DNA of 64,000 bases from Acidobacteriota bacterium. Its GTDB lineage: Bacteria; Acidobacteriota; Terriglobia; Acidiferrales; UBA7541. A program made the position numbers and the translations under genes. Positions 38,874 through 47,679 of the stretch are shown here, in pieces. Below the pieces are notes generated by a model. It was not told where the DNA came from. It saw only the letters and a program-made list of their open reading frames with translations, and made no database searches. Position 1 is the first letter of the stretch. Every line of letters begins with the position of its first letter. The stretch is from assembly GCA_013287135.1 (NCBI GenBank), contig JABDEK010000009.1, positions 8,462 to 72,461 of the forward strand. Reading direction: 5' to 3'.

Positions 38874-38891
38874 ATTAAATAAGGAGCAGCT

Positions 38892-39383
38892 ATGAGTACG
38901 CGCGTCAGTCTCACTAAAATCAATCCAAATGCCCATGCCGCTGTCTTAGCCATGCAAAAATACGTTGACGAGTCCGGCCTGGAGCCACTTTTGCCCGAAT
39001 TAATTAAACTCCGCGCTTCGCAGAGCAACGGCTGCGCTTATTGCCTGGACCTGCACACCAAAGACGCGCGAGCCATGGGCGAAACTGAGCAGCGCCTCTA
39101 CACCGTCTCCGCGTGGCGCGAAACTCCTTTTTTCACCGAACGCGAGCGAGCTGCGCTGGCGCTCACCGAAGCCGTCACTTTAGCCAGCATCGATCACGTT
39201 CCGGATAGCGTCTAGGCCCAAGCGCACGCTCAGTCCACCGATGCTGAGCTTATAGATCTAGTGACGGCGATCGCCACGATCAACACCTGGAATCGCCTGG
39301 CGATCACGTTTCGCGCCGAACCCGGCCACTTCCAGCCGCCTCAGCGCGTAAAACAGCGAGCCGCCTCAGCGCAACAAAAATAA
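38892..39383 (+). pseudogene. carboxymuconolactone decarboxylase (AhpD-like) family gene interrupted by an in-frame TAG
   Basis: The N-terminal 107 codons carry the CxxC motif (NGCAYCLDLH) and SAWRETPFFTERERAAL. A TAG at 39213-39215 is followed in the same frame by family-typical ELIDLVTAIATINTWNRLAITFR...PGHFQP up to a TAA at 39381-39383 (checked codon by codon). The TAG sits where homologues as I recall them read VPDEVYEE (Tyr). Confidence 0.6.
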
Positions 39384-39554
39384 TTCTTTGCCGCGCAAGC
39401 ACACGGGTGAATTCGCGTGGTCACAAAATAAGCAATGAACCAATCTGCGAGACGCCAGGCCTGATCCGGAGCAGCGAAGACGGCTTGATCACTTTCGATT
39501 TCTTTGTCTCCGCTTCCTTGCTTCCTCGCTCCCTTGCTTCTATTCTTCCTGTTC

Positions 39555-40088
39555 ATGCGCCAGCGCTCTTCGCCCCGCAAAGTTTCCAGCGAACAAGATC
39601 TTTATTCCTCCGCTCTGCGCGCTCTTATGCGCCGCGCGTATTCCACACACGAAATGAAGACGTACCTTGATCGCCGCGCCGAGGACAAAGATTTAATCCC
39701 GCCGGTAGTCGCCCGCCTGCGGGAACGCAACTATCTCGACGACGCTCGCTACGCCGTCGACTACGCCAACCAGCACATAAAACTGCGCCGCCAGGGACGC
39801 TTCCGCATCGCACGCGAACTTCGCGCTCGCGGCGTTCCCGATCGCTACATCGACGCAGCTCTCGAAACTGTTTTTGCCGAAACGGATGAATCCTCTTTGG
39901 TACGCACACGTTTGAAGCGCCGCCTCGCACATCTTCGTGGACCGCTCGACCAACGCAAAATCGCGTCTCTTTACCGCAGCCTTCTTAGCGCCGGGTTTTC
40001 TTCCGACATGATCCGCGGCGAGCTTCGCGGCGTCACCAAAGGTGATCTACCCGAATTCACCGATGCTGCTCCCAGCGACGACGTTTAA
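39555..40088 (+). CDS. recX: recombination regulator RecX
   Basis: 177 aa from the ATG at 39555. ALRALMRRAYSTHEMKTYL...LRERNYLDDARYA plus repeated three-helix modules (RIARELRARGVPDRYIDAAL) are typical of RecX. The track's TTG extension is hydrophobic junk. Confidence 0.85.
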   Translation: MRQRSSPRKVSSEQDLYSSALRALMRRAYSTHEMKTYLDRRAEDKDLIPPVVARLRERNYLDDARYAVDYANQHIKLRRQGRFRIARELRARGVPDRYIDAALETVFAETDESSLVRTRLKRRLAHLRGPLDQRKIASLYRSLLSAGFSSDMIRGELRGVTKGDLPEFTDAAPSDDV

Positions 40089-40348
40089 TTCCCGATTATC
40101 GTGGTTTGCGTCGCGACTTCCCGTCTCGGCAAGCCACTTTCGCCCCCAATAAAATCAAAAAAACTCCCGCCTCTTGAACTCTTTTTCCGTCATGGCCGTC
40201 TAAGAGAAGCAGAATTGCCTAGAAGGGTTGTGGAGTGTTCTTTCACCGATAATCCTAATCCAGGCGCAATGCTGGCTCGCCCGCGCAGCTGTCCGCTAGC
40301 GAGACAAGCACACAAAACGTGTGCGCCAGCGAACAAAGGAGCAAGAAA

Positions 40349-40981
40349 ATGAAAAGCCTGACTCTCTCGATCTTGGCTTGCGCTCTTCTCGCAGCAACAA
40401 CTGCGGTGACACAAGCTGCTACCCAACCCACGCAATCTGCACAACCGGCCCAGTCTGAAGACAAAACCGCACCTAGTTACGATATGAAGGCGCAAGCCGC
40501 GTTGGACCTCGACGCGGTGAATAAGAAAGTAATCAGCCTCGCCCAAGTTCTTCCGCCGGACAAATACACTTGGCGCCCCACCCCCGACTCACGCTCCTTT
40601 GCAGAAGTTTTCCTGCATGTGTCGGGTGAACGCTATTTCATTCTCGGGTTGATGGGAGCCGCGCCGCCTCCGGGATTCGATGGCAAGAGCTATGAAAAAT
40701 CGACTACCGACAAAGCCAAAATTATCGACGAACTGACGAAGTCCGGGGATTACACGCAGAAGACAATTCAAGGCATGGCTAACGCGGATTATGCAAAGTT
40801 GTTACCGAAGCTGGGCCCGCAGGCAAATGAAGGGGACGTGATCTACATTCTCGTTGCCGATGCGCATGAACATCTAGGACAACTTGTGGCCTACGCGCGC
40901 GTCAACGGCATCGTCCCGCCGTGGACCGTGGCCGCCGCTAAAGCAGCCGCCGAAAAGAAGGGGCCAGACGCGCAGAAGTAA
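40349..40981 (+). CDS. secreted DinB-family protein
   Basis: ATG at 40349 with AAAGGAG upstream. Signal peptide MKSLTLSILACALLAATTAVTQA, then DinB histidine motifs FAEVFLHVSGE and DAHEHLGQLVAYAR. Confidence 0.8.
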   Translation: MKSLTLSILACALLAATTAVTQAATQPTQSAQPAQSEDKTAPSYDMKAQAALDLDAVNKKVISLAQVLPPDKYTWRPTPDSRSFAEVFLHVSGERYFILGLMGAAPPPGFDGKSYEKSTTDKAKIIDELTKSGDYTQKTIQGMANADYAKLLPKLGPQANEGDVIYILVADAHEHLGQLVAYARVNGIVPPWTVAAAKAAAEKKGPDAQK

Positions 40982-40983
40982 AT

Positions 40984-41835
40984 CTAGTCTGCTGCCATTC
41001 GGGAGTCACCTTTGTTCGTGGCTCCCGTAGGCGCAGCGTCCGCGCCTCGAACGACGCTGCCTTGTAAATACCGCGTCGGCGTTGTCCCCAGTTGTTTGCG
41101 AAACATCGATATAAACGCGCTCGTGCTGTTGTATCCCGCCTCCAGCGCGGCTGACGTCACCTTGTCTCCCGCAGCCAGGCGCTGCATGGCATGAAGCAGG
41201 CGAAGCTGCTGGCGCCACTTGTTGAAAGTCATTTTGGTTTCCTCCAGAAAGAGACGCTGTATCGTTCGCTTGCTAGCGCCGCAGTCGGCGCACAATTTTT
41301 CCAGCGTTCTTTGGTCCCCGGGATTCGCGAACAAAGTTTTTACCACACGGGTCGCGCGTGAGTCCGCGGGATGGGGCAACTGAAGCGGTATCGACTCCAC
41401 CGCCTTCAACTGCTCCACAATGATCTCCACGATGCGTTTCTGCGCAGGGTCCTCCTTACGCAACTTCGGGAACGTGCAGGCATGAAGAATTAGTTCCCTT
41501 AATAACGACGACACATTCATGACCATGCATTTCCGGGGAAATGACCGGCAAAGTCTGGGCTGGAAATAGAGCGTACGCATGGACACGCGCCCGGACATGG
41601 CCACCGAGTGTGTGGTGTCTGCCGGAATCCAGACGGCGCGCAGCGGCGGCACAACCCATAAGCCCTGCTCGGTGGTGAGCGTCATCACGCCCTCCGACGC
41701 GAACAGGAGTTGGTCTTCCGGGTGCGAATGCTTGGGGATAACGTGCGCGTCTTCGAGTTCTGCCGACACGCCGGCCATGTCCGCCACACGTCGGCCGTTT
41801 GCAGCGGCGAGTATGCTTTGGCACCTATGCGACAT
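40984..41835 (-). CDS. AraC-family transcriptional regulator with an N-terminal cupin sensor domain
   Basis: 283 aa. Cupin segment HSHPEDQLLFASEGVMTL...WIPADTTHSV. The C-terminal double HTH includes SAALEAGYNSTSAFISMFRKQLGTTPTRY. Confidence 0.9.
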   Translation of the reverse strand: MSHRCQSILAAANGRRVADMAGVSAELEDAHVIPKHSHPEDQLLFASEGVMTLTTEQGLWVVPPLRAVWIPADTTHSVAMSGRVSMRTLYFQPRLCRSFPRKCMVMNVSSLLRELILHACTFPKLRKEDPAQKRIVEIIVEQLKAVESIPLQLPHPADSRATRVVKTLFANPGDQRTLEKLCADCGASKRTIQRLFLEETKMTFNKWRQQLRLLHAMQRLAAGDKVTSAALEAGYNSTSAFISMFRKQLGTTPTRYLQGSVVRGADAAPTGATNKGDSRMAAD

Positions 41836-41913
41836 TTGTTGTCACAATAGCGAGAGCAAGAAATCCACGCAAGTGTTATTCCTTGTCGCCGAAATCAACA
41901 TAGGGAGGCAAAC

Positions 41914-42303
41914 ATGCTGGCTTCAGGGAAAATGGTCGGGTTCGTTCCGAGCACGGACTACGATAGAACGCGCGCCTTTTACGAAGCTAAGCTTGGATTT
42001 GATTTCGTTAGCCTCGATCAATTTGCGCTCGTGATGAGCGCCGGTGGCCAAAAAATTCGAATCGCAAAAGTGCCGAATTTTACTCCGCTTCAAGGCACCA
42101 TTCTCGGCTGGGAAGTAAAGGATATTCAAGCCGTAGCGACCTGGCTTCGAGACCGCGGTGTCACTCTTGAAAAATATCCGTTCGCTCAAGATCGCGAGCT
42201 GGGCATTTGGACTACGCCTTCCGGCGATAAAGTCGCCTGGTTTAAGGATCCCGACGGCAATATTTTAAGCATCGCGCAGCACCCCGAGTCGGCGCCAAAA
42301 TAG
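41914..42303 (+). CDS. VOC (glyoxalase/bleomycin-resistance/dioxygenase) family protein
   Basis: 129 aa. Paired beta-alpha-beta-beta-beta module pattern with FYEAKLGF and the C-terminal AWFKDPDGNILSI. Confidence 0.85.
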   Translation: MLASGKMVGFVPSTDYDRTRAFYEAKLGFDFVSLDQFALVMSAGGQKIRIAKVPNFTPLQGTILGWEVKDIQAVATWLRDRGVTLEKYPFAQDRELGIWTTPSGDKVAWFKDPDGNILSIAQHPESAPK

Positions 42304-42374
42304 TTTGCAAAACGTTGTGTTTCAGAGCAAAATCCCGCATCTCGTACCCACCCGCACGCCATTCAGGAGGTTTT

Positions 42375-42977
42375 ATGTGGAAGTCTCTCTTGCTCGGGGC
42401 CATTCTCGGCGGTCTCGCTGCGTTCATATGGAGCAGCATTTCCTGGGAGCTTCTTGGCTGGCACGAAAAGCCGATGCTGGCTTTTCAAAATGAAGACGAC
42501 GTCGCCACTGTGATCCAGTTACACACCACGCAGTCAGGCGTCTATCTTCTCCCCGGTGCGCCTCGCATCGAAGGCATGACCGCAGACCAAAAGAAAGCCG
42601 CGCAATCGACCCTCATGGCGAAAATGCAAAAGGGGCCGATTGTGTTCGCCGCGATTCGCCGCAACGGTTTTGGCTCCTACGCATGCGGCCTGATCATTCA
42701 GTTCCTTTCCCTGGTAGCCGCTGCATTCCTGCTCACCTGGATGCTTCTGCAGACCAGCGGCCTCAGCTACGCAGGAAAAGTTATATTTCTCGCGGTTGCG
42801 GGACTCGCCGCCAGCGTCATCGTCGATCTACCCAATTGGAATTGGTGGGGATTTTCAGGCTCTTACACAGTGATCAATCTCCTAGATTCAGCGCTCACAT
42901 GGATGTTCGCCGGATTCGTAATCGCGAAAGTAGCAAAACTTCGCGCTGCCGAAGTAGGCTTCGCCGCGAAGTCTTAG
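42375..42977 (+). CDS. hypothetical integral membrane protein
   Basis: 200 aa from the ATG at 42375 (AGGAGG 4 nt upstream). Four hydrophobic helices. No family recognised. It lies 48 nt upstream of the Tat-exported haloperoxidase-like gene. Confidence 0.6.
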   Translation: MWKSLLLGAILGGLAAFIWSSISWELLGWHEKPMLAFQNEDDVATVIQLHTTQSGVYLLPGAPRIEGMTADQKKAAQSTLMAKMQKGPIVFAAIRRNGFGSYACGLIIQFLSLVAAAFLLTWMLLQTSGLSYAGKVIFLAVAGLAASVIVDLPNWNWWGFSGSYTVINLLDSALTWMFAGFVIAKVAKLRAAEVGFAAKS

Positions 42978-43025
42978 TTCGAGGCCGAGAATCACTGGAT
43001 TTTAATCTCAAATCAGGAGCAGATC

Positions 43026-44774
43026 ATGCGGAAGCGCAAAATCAAACCGGAAACCATCGCGAAATCTGAGCCACAATCCCCTTCCCATATCGGTCGCCGT
43101 TCGTTCGTGGGCCGCATGGGCTTTGCTGCAGCCGCGACAGTCGCCGGTGCAACTCTGGTTTCGGCCAAACCCACGGCAGCGCAGTCATCTTCGAGCGCCT
43201 CAGCGAACATACCGGCACCGGCTGGCGTAACCAATCCGCGGGTTCTCCAAGCTTTCGAGTTGCGCGTCACCGAAGCCGCCCGTGACTCGCTGATCCATAC
43301 GCCCGCCAACATTAACAACGGTGATCTAGAACGCTATGCGGACAAGGGCGGCACCTATACCAAGTGCCTTCCTCACGACTCCTTCGGTCGAGTGAGCCTA
43401 GGCGCCTTCGCAACTTTAACTACCGCCTTAGCCGGCGGAAAATTTTCAGATTTCGAAAAGATAACCATGGGAGGCGCTCGCGGGTTGAACGGTCCGCAAG
43501 GCGGTCTGGCCTTCGACTTGGAATGTGCCGATTCCTGCCAGTTCGGCCCGCCGCAAGTTCCTCCGCCGCCCAAAACTGCGAGCGATCACAACGCCACGGA
43601 ATTATTAGAACACTATTGGGGATCTCTGCTTCGTGATGTGACATTTACCGATTACGATTCGAGTGCGTTGGCTGCCCAGGCAGCGGCGGAACTTGGTTCG
43701 CAGCCGACCTATTTCGGTCCGCGGAACACGAGTGGCCAAGTCACTACCGACCTGTTATTCCGCGGCTTGTTTCCGGGTGAAACGCTAGGCCCTTACATCT
43801 CGCAGTTTTTTATCCAGCCTACAAAGTTAGGTGCGCAACCGATCAGCCAGCAATTGGACACCTATGTGCCGAATGTGGACTATGGCGCAGACTTCGCCAC
43901 TTGGCTCGACATTCAAAACGGGGTGGACACCGGTCTGCGCAACCAGGTTGATTCTCAAGTACGATACGCGCGGAACGGTCGCGATCTCGCCGCTTACACT
44001 CACGTGGACGTTCTCTTCCAGGCGTATTTCACGGCATTCCTCGTCCTCAGCGGATTTAATCCAGTTCCTTTAAACCCAGGGAATCCCTATCTCAACTCCC
44101 GAACAGAAAATGGCTTTGGGACATTCGGCGCTCCCGACTTCGCAGCCACAGTGGCGGCCGTAGCCACCAAGGCACTGAACGCCGTGTGGTATCAGAAATG
44201 GTTCGTGCATTTGCGTCCGCGCCCGGAAGCCATCGGCGGAATCGTGCACTTACTTAAGACCGGCCAAGGCAGCAATACCGACGTGCGTTTGAGCGAGGTG
44301 ATTTTGAATTCGCAGGGGCTACAGCAGAGTTACAACAGGTACGGCACTTACTTACTTTCGCAGGCGTTTCCCGAAGGCTCGCCCGCCCATCCCGCTTACC
44401 CTACAGGACACGGGACCGTTGCAGGAGCTTGTATCACCGTGCTGAAGTTTTTTTTCGACGGCCAGTCGGTAATTCCGAACCCCCTGGTACCCACCGACGA
44501 TGGACTGTCGCTGGTATCCTATACCGGTCCAGATGCCGGCGAACTCACCGTAAATGGCGAGTTGAACAAACTCGGGCACAACGTTTCCTTCGGCCACGGA
44601 ATTCACGCCGGCATCCACTGGCGGAGCGATACGGATACATCGCTGCGCCTAGGCGAAGCGGTCGCGCTCAGCTATCTGCGCGATAAGGCGCACACTTACA
44701 ACGAACCTTTCACCGTCCAACTCACAAAGTTCGACGGCACGATTGCTACCATCTCTAACGCCGGCAATCGTTAA
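43026..44774 (+). CDS. Tat-exported vanadium-dependent haloperoxidase / PAP2-like acid-phosphatase superfamily protein
   Basis: 582 aa. Twin-arginine signal GRRSFVGRMGFAAAATVAGATLVSA. PAP2/VHPO-type motifs are QKWFVHLRPRPE (K..RP), AHPAYPTGHGT (PxGH) and GIHAGIHWRSD (H...D). Retention of the canonical Arg in the third motif is uncertain. Confidence 0.7.
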   Translation: MRKRKIKPETIAKSEPQSPSHIGRRSFVGRMGFAAAATVAGATLVSAKPTAAQSSSSASANIPAPAGVTNPRVLQAFELRVTEAARDSLIHTPANINNGDLERYADKGGTYTKCLPHDSFGRVSLGAFATLTTALAGGKFSDFEKITMGGARGLNGPQGGLAFDLECADSCQFGPPQVPPPPKTASDHNATELLEHYWGSLLRDVTFTDYDSSALAAQAAAELGSQPTYFGPRNTSGQVTTDLLFRGLFPGETLGPYISQFFIQPTKLGAQPISQQLDTYVPNVDYGADFATWLDIQNGVDTGLRNQVDSQVRYARNGRDLAAYTHVDVLFQAYFTAFLVLSGFNPVPLNPGNPYLNSRTENGFGTFGAPDFAATVAAVATKALNAVWYQKWFVHLRPRPEAIGGIVHLLKTGQGSNTDVRLSEVILNSQGLQQSYNRYGTYLLSQAFPEGSPAHPAYPTGHGTVAGACITVLKFFFDGQSVIPNPLVPTDDGLSLVSYTGPDAGELTVNGELNKLGHNVSFGHGIHAGIHWRSDTDTSLRLGEAVALSYLRDKAHTYNEPFTVQLTKFDGTIATISNAGNR

Positions 44775-44824
44775 CAACAGGGAAATATAGTCTGGCGTCA
44801 GCGCGGCAGTGGCCGTCAGTTGCG

Positions 44825-45607
44825 TTACTGCCCCTGCCAACGTTCTGTTGCGGCCGCAGCCATGGCGTCGTTGAACTTGTTGAAGAAGCCATCGTAGACC
44901 CCGTTTGCCTCGGCAAGACGCTGCGGCTTCACGCGCTCCACACAAATCTCGGTGGCATCCGGCGAAGTTTTCAGGATCTTCATCGTCTCAGCGATGTAAT
45001 CCGTCAGCGGCATAGCGTTCGGATCGCTGGCATGTTTTGGGCCCGTTAATCCCGTCTGCACGTAAGGCGGTATCAGTTCCAACACCTGCACGCCTGTGTC
45101 CCGAAGTTGATAGCGCAACGATTGCGTGTAGGAATGGATCGCTGCCTTCGTTGCGCAATAGGTCGGTGTGATCGCCAACGGCACAAACGCAAGCCCAGAA
45201 GATACGGTCATGATGGCGGCCTTCGGCTGTTTCAGAAGATGCGGCAGCAGCGCTGCGGTCAACCGGATTGGCCCAAGCAGATTGGTAGCTATAGTTGCTT
45301 CCGCATCGGCTACCACGCCACTTTTCAAGGTCTCCGGCTTCATGATGCCGGCGTTCTGGATCACGACATTCAGCGGGGGATAATCCTTCGTAAGTTTTTC
45401 CGTGAAGCTCTGTATCGCGTCAGCATTTCCGATATCCAGAATCGCAGACTTCATTCCTGGATTTGCCGCTACTGTTTGGTCGAGCAGCTCTTTGCGCCGC
45501 CCCGCAATAATAATTTGATTTCCTTCGGCGTGAAGAGCCTCCGCAAGACCACGCCCGATACCGGAGCCTCCGCCTGTAATCAAAACTGCGTTCCCACTGA
45601 TTTGCAT
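44825..45607 (-). CDS. short-chain dehydrogenase/reductase (SDR)
   Basis: 260 aa from the ATG at 45607 (GAGGAG upstream). Cofactor motif ITGGGSGIGRG, NNAG-like QNAGI, and catalytic YCATKAA. Confidence 0.9.
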   Translation of the reverse strand: MQISGNAVLITGGGSGIGRGLAEALHAEGNQIIIAGRRKELLDQTVAANPGMKSAILDIGNADAIQSFTEKLTKDYPPLNVVIQNAGIMKPETLKSGVVADAEATIATNLLGPIRLTAALLPHLLKQPKAAIMTVSSGLAFVPLAITPTYCATKAAIHSYTQSLRYQLRDTGVQVLELIPPYVQTGLTGPKHASDPNAMPLTDYIAETMKILKTSPDATEICVERVKPQRLAEANGVYDGFFNKFNDAMAAAATERWQGQ

Positions 45608-45659
45608 TAATTTTTCTCCTCGCTGCAATCCAGAGCGCTAGGCACGATGCTTCACAATT

Positions 45660-46652
45660 TTAAGGGATTATCACCGCAGAACCGTCGATGCGATCGCTTT
45701 TGACGGCCGCCAGAGCGTCATTAGCTTGATCCAGCTTGAAGACCGTCACTTTGGGATCCACTTCAATCTCGGCCGCCAATTTCAAAAAGTCTTTCGCGTC
45801 CTGCCGCGTCATGTTGGCGACGCTGCGAATCTGGCGTTCGCCCCAAAGCAAGTGGTCGTAATCGAATTCCGGAATCCGGTCCAGATGGATCGCGTTGATC
45901 GCCAGCACTCCGCCTTTGCGCAAACTTTTGAGCGCAGCTATCACAACGTCTCCGCTCGGAGCAAAAGTCACCGCCCGATCCAATTCTACGGGCGGTTTGT
46001 CCGCTTCGCCTCCGACCCAAGTCGCTCTCCGCGATTTCGCCAATGCCTGATGCGATGCCCCTCGGGTGGAAACGTAAACCGAGCACCCCCAAGTGTGCAG
46101 GACATCGATCGCCAAGCTCGCCGACGATCCGAAACCAAACAATCCCACGCGCTCTCCGCGCTCCACACCGGCCACGCGCAGACTCCGAAACCCGATGATG
46201 CCCGCGCACAAAAGAGGCGCGGCGTGCAGATCATCCAAATTCGAAGGAAGCGGAAACACAAAGTCCCGCCGCGCGACTGCATATTCGGCATATCCGCCGT
46301 TCACCGAGTAGCCTGTAAAGGTGGGAGCGTCGCAAAGATTTTCCATTCCGTGCTTGCAGTACCAGCAACTTCCGTCTGTTCCGCCCATCCACGACACGCC
46401 CACACGCGCGCCGTTCGGAAACTCCCTTCCTCCTCCTTCCACTACGTCGCCCACGATCTGATGTCCTGGAATCACCTTCGGCAAAATCTCCGGCAGGTCT
46501 CCTTCGACAATATGCAAATCCGTCCGGCACACTCCGCAGGCCCGCACACGCAACAGCACTTGTCCTGGACCCGGTTCAGGCTTCGGCACTTCTCCGATAG
46601 TAAGCGGCGCCTTCGCATTCGCCTGCGGCGCAGTGAGAAATGCTGCTTTCAT
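45660..46652 (-). CDS. zinc-dependent alcohol dehydrogenase (MDR family)
   Basis: 330 aa. Catalytic-zinc motif CGVCRTDLHIVEGD...GHQIVG, structural-zinc cysteines CWYCKHGMENLC, and Rossmann motif GLFGFGSSA. Confidence 0.92.
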   Translation of the reverse strand: MKAAFLTAPQANAKAPLTIGEVPKPEPGPGQVLLRVRACGVCRTDLHIVEGDLPEILPKVIPGHQIVGDVVEGGGREFPNGARVGVSWMGGTDGSCWYCKHGMENLCDAPTFTGYSVNGGYAEYAVARRDFVFPLPSNLDDLHAAPLLCAGIIGFRSLRVAGVERGERVGLFGFGSSASLAIDVLHTWGCSVYVSTRGASHQALAKSRRATWVGGEADKPPVELDRAVTFAPSGDVVIAALKSLRKGGVLAINAIHLDRIPEFDYDHLLWGERQIRSVANMTRQDAKDFLKLAAEIEVDPKVTVFKLDQANDALAAVKSDRIDGSAVIIP

Positions 46653-46765
46653 CGACGACGCTCCCTAAAAGATGTGGACACTTACTATTTGATGGTCGCT
46701 AGGACAAAAACGCGTCACGCGTTAAGACACGAGCCGAAACAACGCGCTGCGCTATACGGTCAATC

Positions 46766-47299
46766 CTAGCGACTCCAATTGGTTTGCAGCTTTGGAGGAT
46801 TTTTTAGGGTCTGCATCACCACGCAATACTGTTCTGTCTTCTCTTTCAATCCAGCGATTTGTTCCGGAGTGGCTGCAGGCGCGGCAACATCGAACTGAAG
46901 GCGAATGCTCTCAAATCCTACGGGCACGTCCTTCGCTATGCCGAGGGTGCCGCGAAGATCCATATCGCCTTCCACCATCACTTCAATCCGTTCCGTCAGT
47001 ATACCCATTGCGGCCGCGACCATTTGACAGGTAATCTGCGCGCAAGCCGCGAGAGCGCCGAGTAATAGGTCTCCGGAACACGCGCCTGCGCCGGCGCCTC
47101 CCACCCCTTTGTGCGCTTCAGCGCGATAGATTGCGCGGCCGAGATCGACCGAGCATGACACCGGAGCATCCGTCTGGGCGCCTTTCGCACGAATTGTGAT
47201 TCGGGAGGCGCTCGGGTCGTTGCGGTATTGCTCTTTCAATGGCTTCTGCAGCGATCGAAGGTCCATGCCAACCTCATTTTTATTATTGGGCTTCTTCAA
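46766..47299 (-). CDS. OsmC/Ohr family protein
   Basis: 177 aa (the start could instead be the ATG at 47266). GACSGDLLLGALAACAQIT and the C-terminal EQYCVVMQTL give the two-cysteine OsmC-fold pattern. Confidence 0.85.
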   Translation of the reverse strand: MKKPNNKNEVGMDLRSLQKPLKEQYRNDPSASRITIRAKGAQTDAPVSCSVDLGRAIYRAEAHKGVGGAGAGACSGDLLLGALAACAQITCQMVAAAMGILTERIEVMVEGDMDLRGTLGIAKDVPVGFESIRLQFDVAAPAATPEQIAGLKEKTEQYCVVMQTLKNPPKLQTNWSR

Positions 47300-47375
47300 T
47301 TTAAAAGAGCTTCATCAAGCCGCCTTGAAGGCGCTTCACCCGCATGCTAGCATACGTGCAAATAGGGGGGCGCCC

Positions 47376-47648
47376 TTGCCAAAATTTGTAATCGAACGAG
47401 AAGTCCCGGGAGCCGGCAACTTAACCGACGCCCAATTGCGCGAAATGTCACAAAAATCAGTCGGCGTTTTAAAGGCCATGGGTCCCGAGATCCAATGGCT
47501 TCATAGCTACGTAACCGGCGACAAGGTGTACTGCATTTATCTCGCTCCGGACGAGGCCACCGTGCGAGAACACGCCAAACGCACAGGCATTCCTGCTAAT
47601 CGCGTCTCCGCCGTCCGTAGGCTTATCGATCCCTCCACGGCAGAATAA
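47376..47648 (+). CDS. DUF4242-like small protein
   Basis: 90 aa from the TTG at 47376 (AGGGGGG upstream). PKFVIEREVPGAGNLTDAQLREMSQKS...IQWLHSYVTGDKVYCIYLAPDEATVREHA matches my recollection of the DUF4242 family. The track's longer ORF overlaps the divergent OsmC gene. Confidence 0.65.
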   Translation: MPKFVIEREVPGAGNLTDAQLREMSQKSVGVLKAMGPEIQWLHSYVTGDKVYCIYLAPDEATVREHAKRTGIPANRVSAVRRLIDPSTAE

Positions 47649-47679
47649 GCTCCGGCCGGGGCCATCACGAAGAAGTCAC

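Noticed and set aside
39384-39670. ORFs 39407-39670 (+) and 39341-39580 (-) between the CMD gene and recX
   Set aside because: They are short and low-complexity, overlap each other and the recX start, and show no motifs. This is most likely non-coding leader of recX.
40101-40352. 83-aa ORF in the 260-nt gap upstream of the secreted DinB gene, plus a small palindrome (GCACAC-AAAAC-GTGTGC near 40306-40322)
   Set aside because: The ORF is Pro/Arg/Lys-rich with no SD. The palindrome is only 6 bp per arm and could be a chance occurrence or an operator, so it is not callable.
45726-46769. 347-aa ORF antisense to the Zn-ADH gene
   Set aside because: It is a shadow ORF. The opposite strand carries unmistakable ADH motifs, and this frame is Arg/Ser/His-rich low-complexity sequence.
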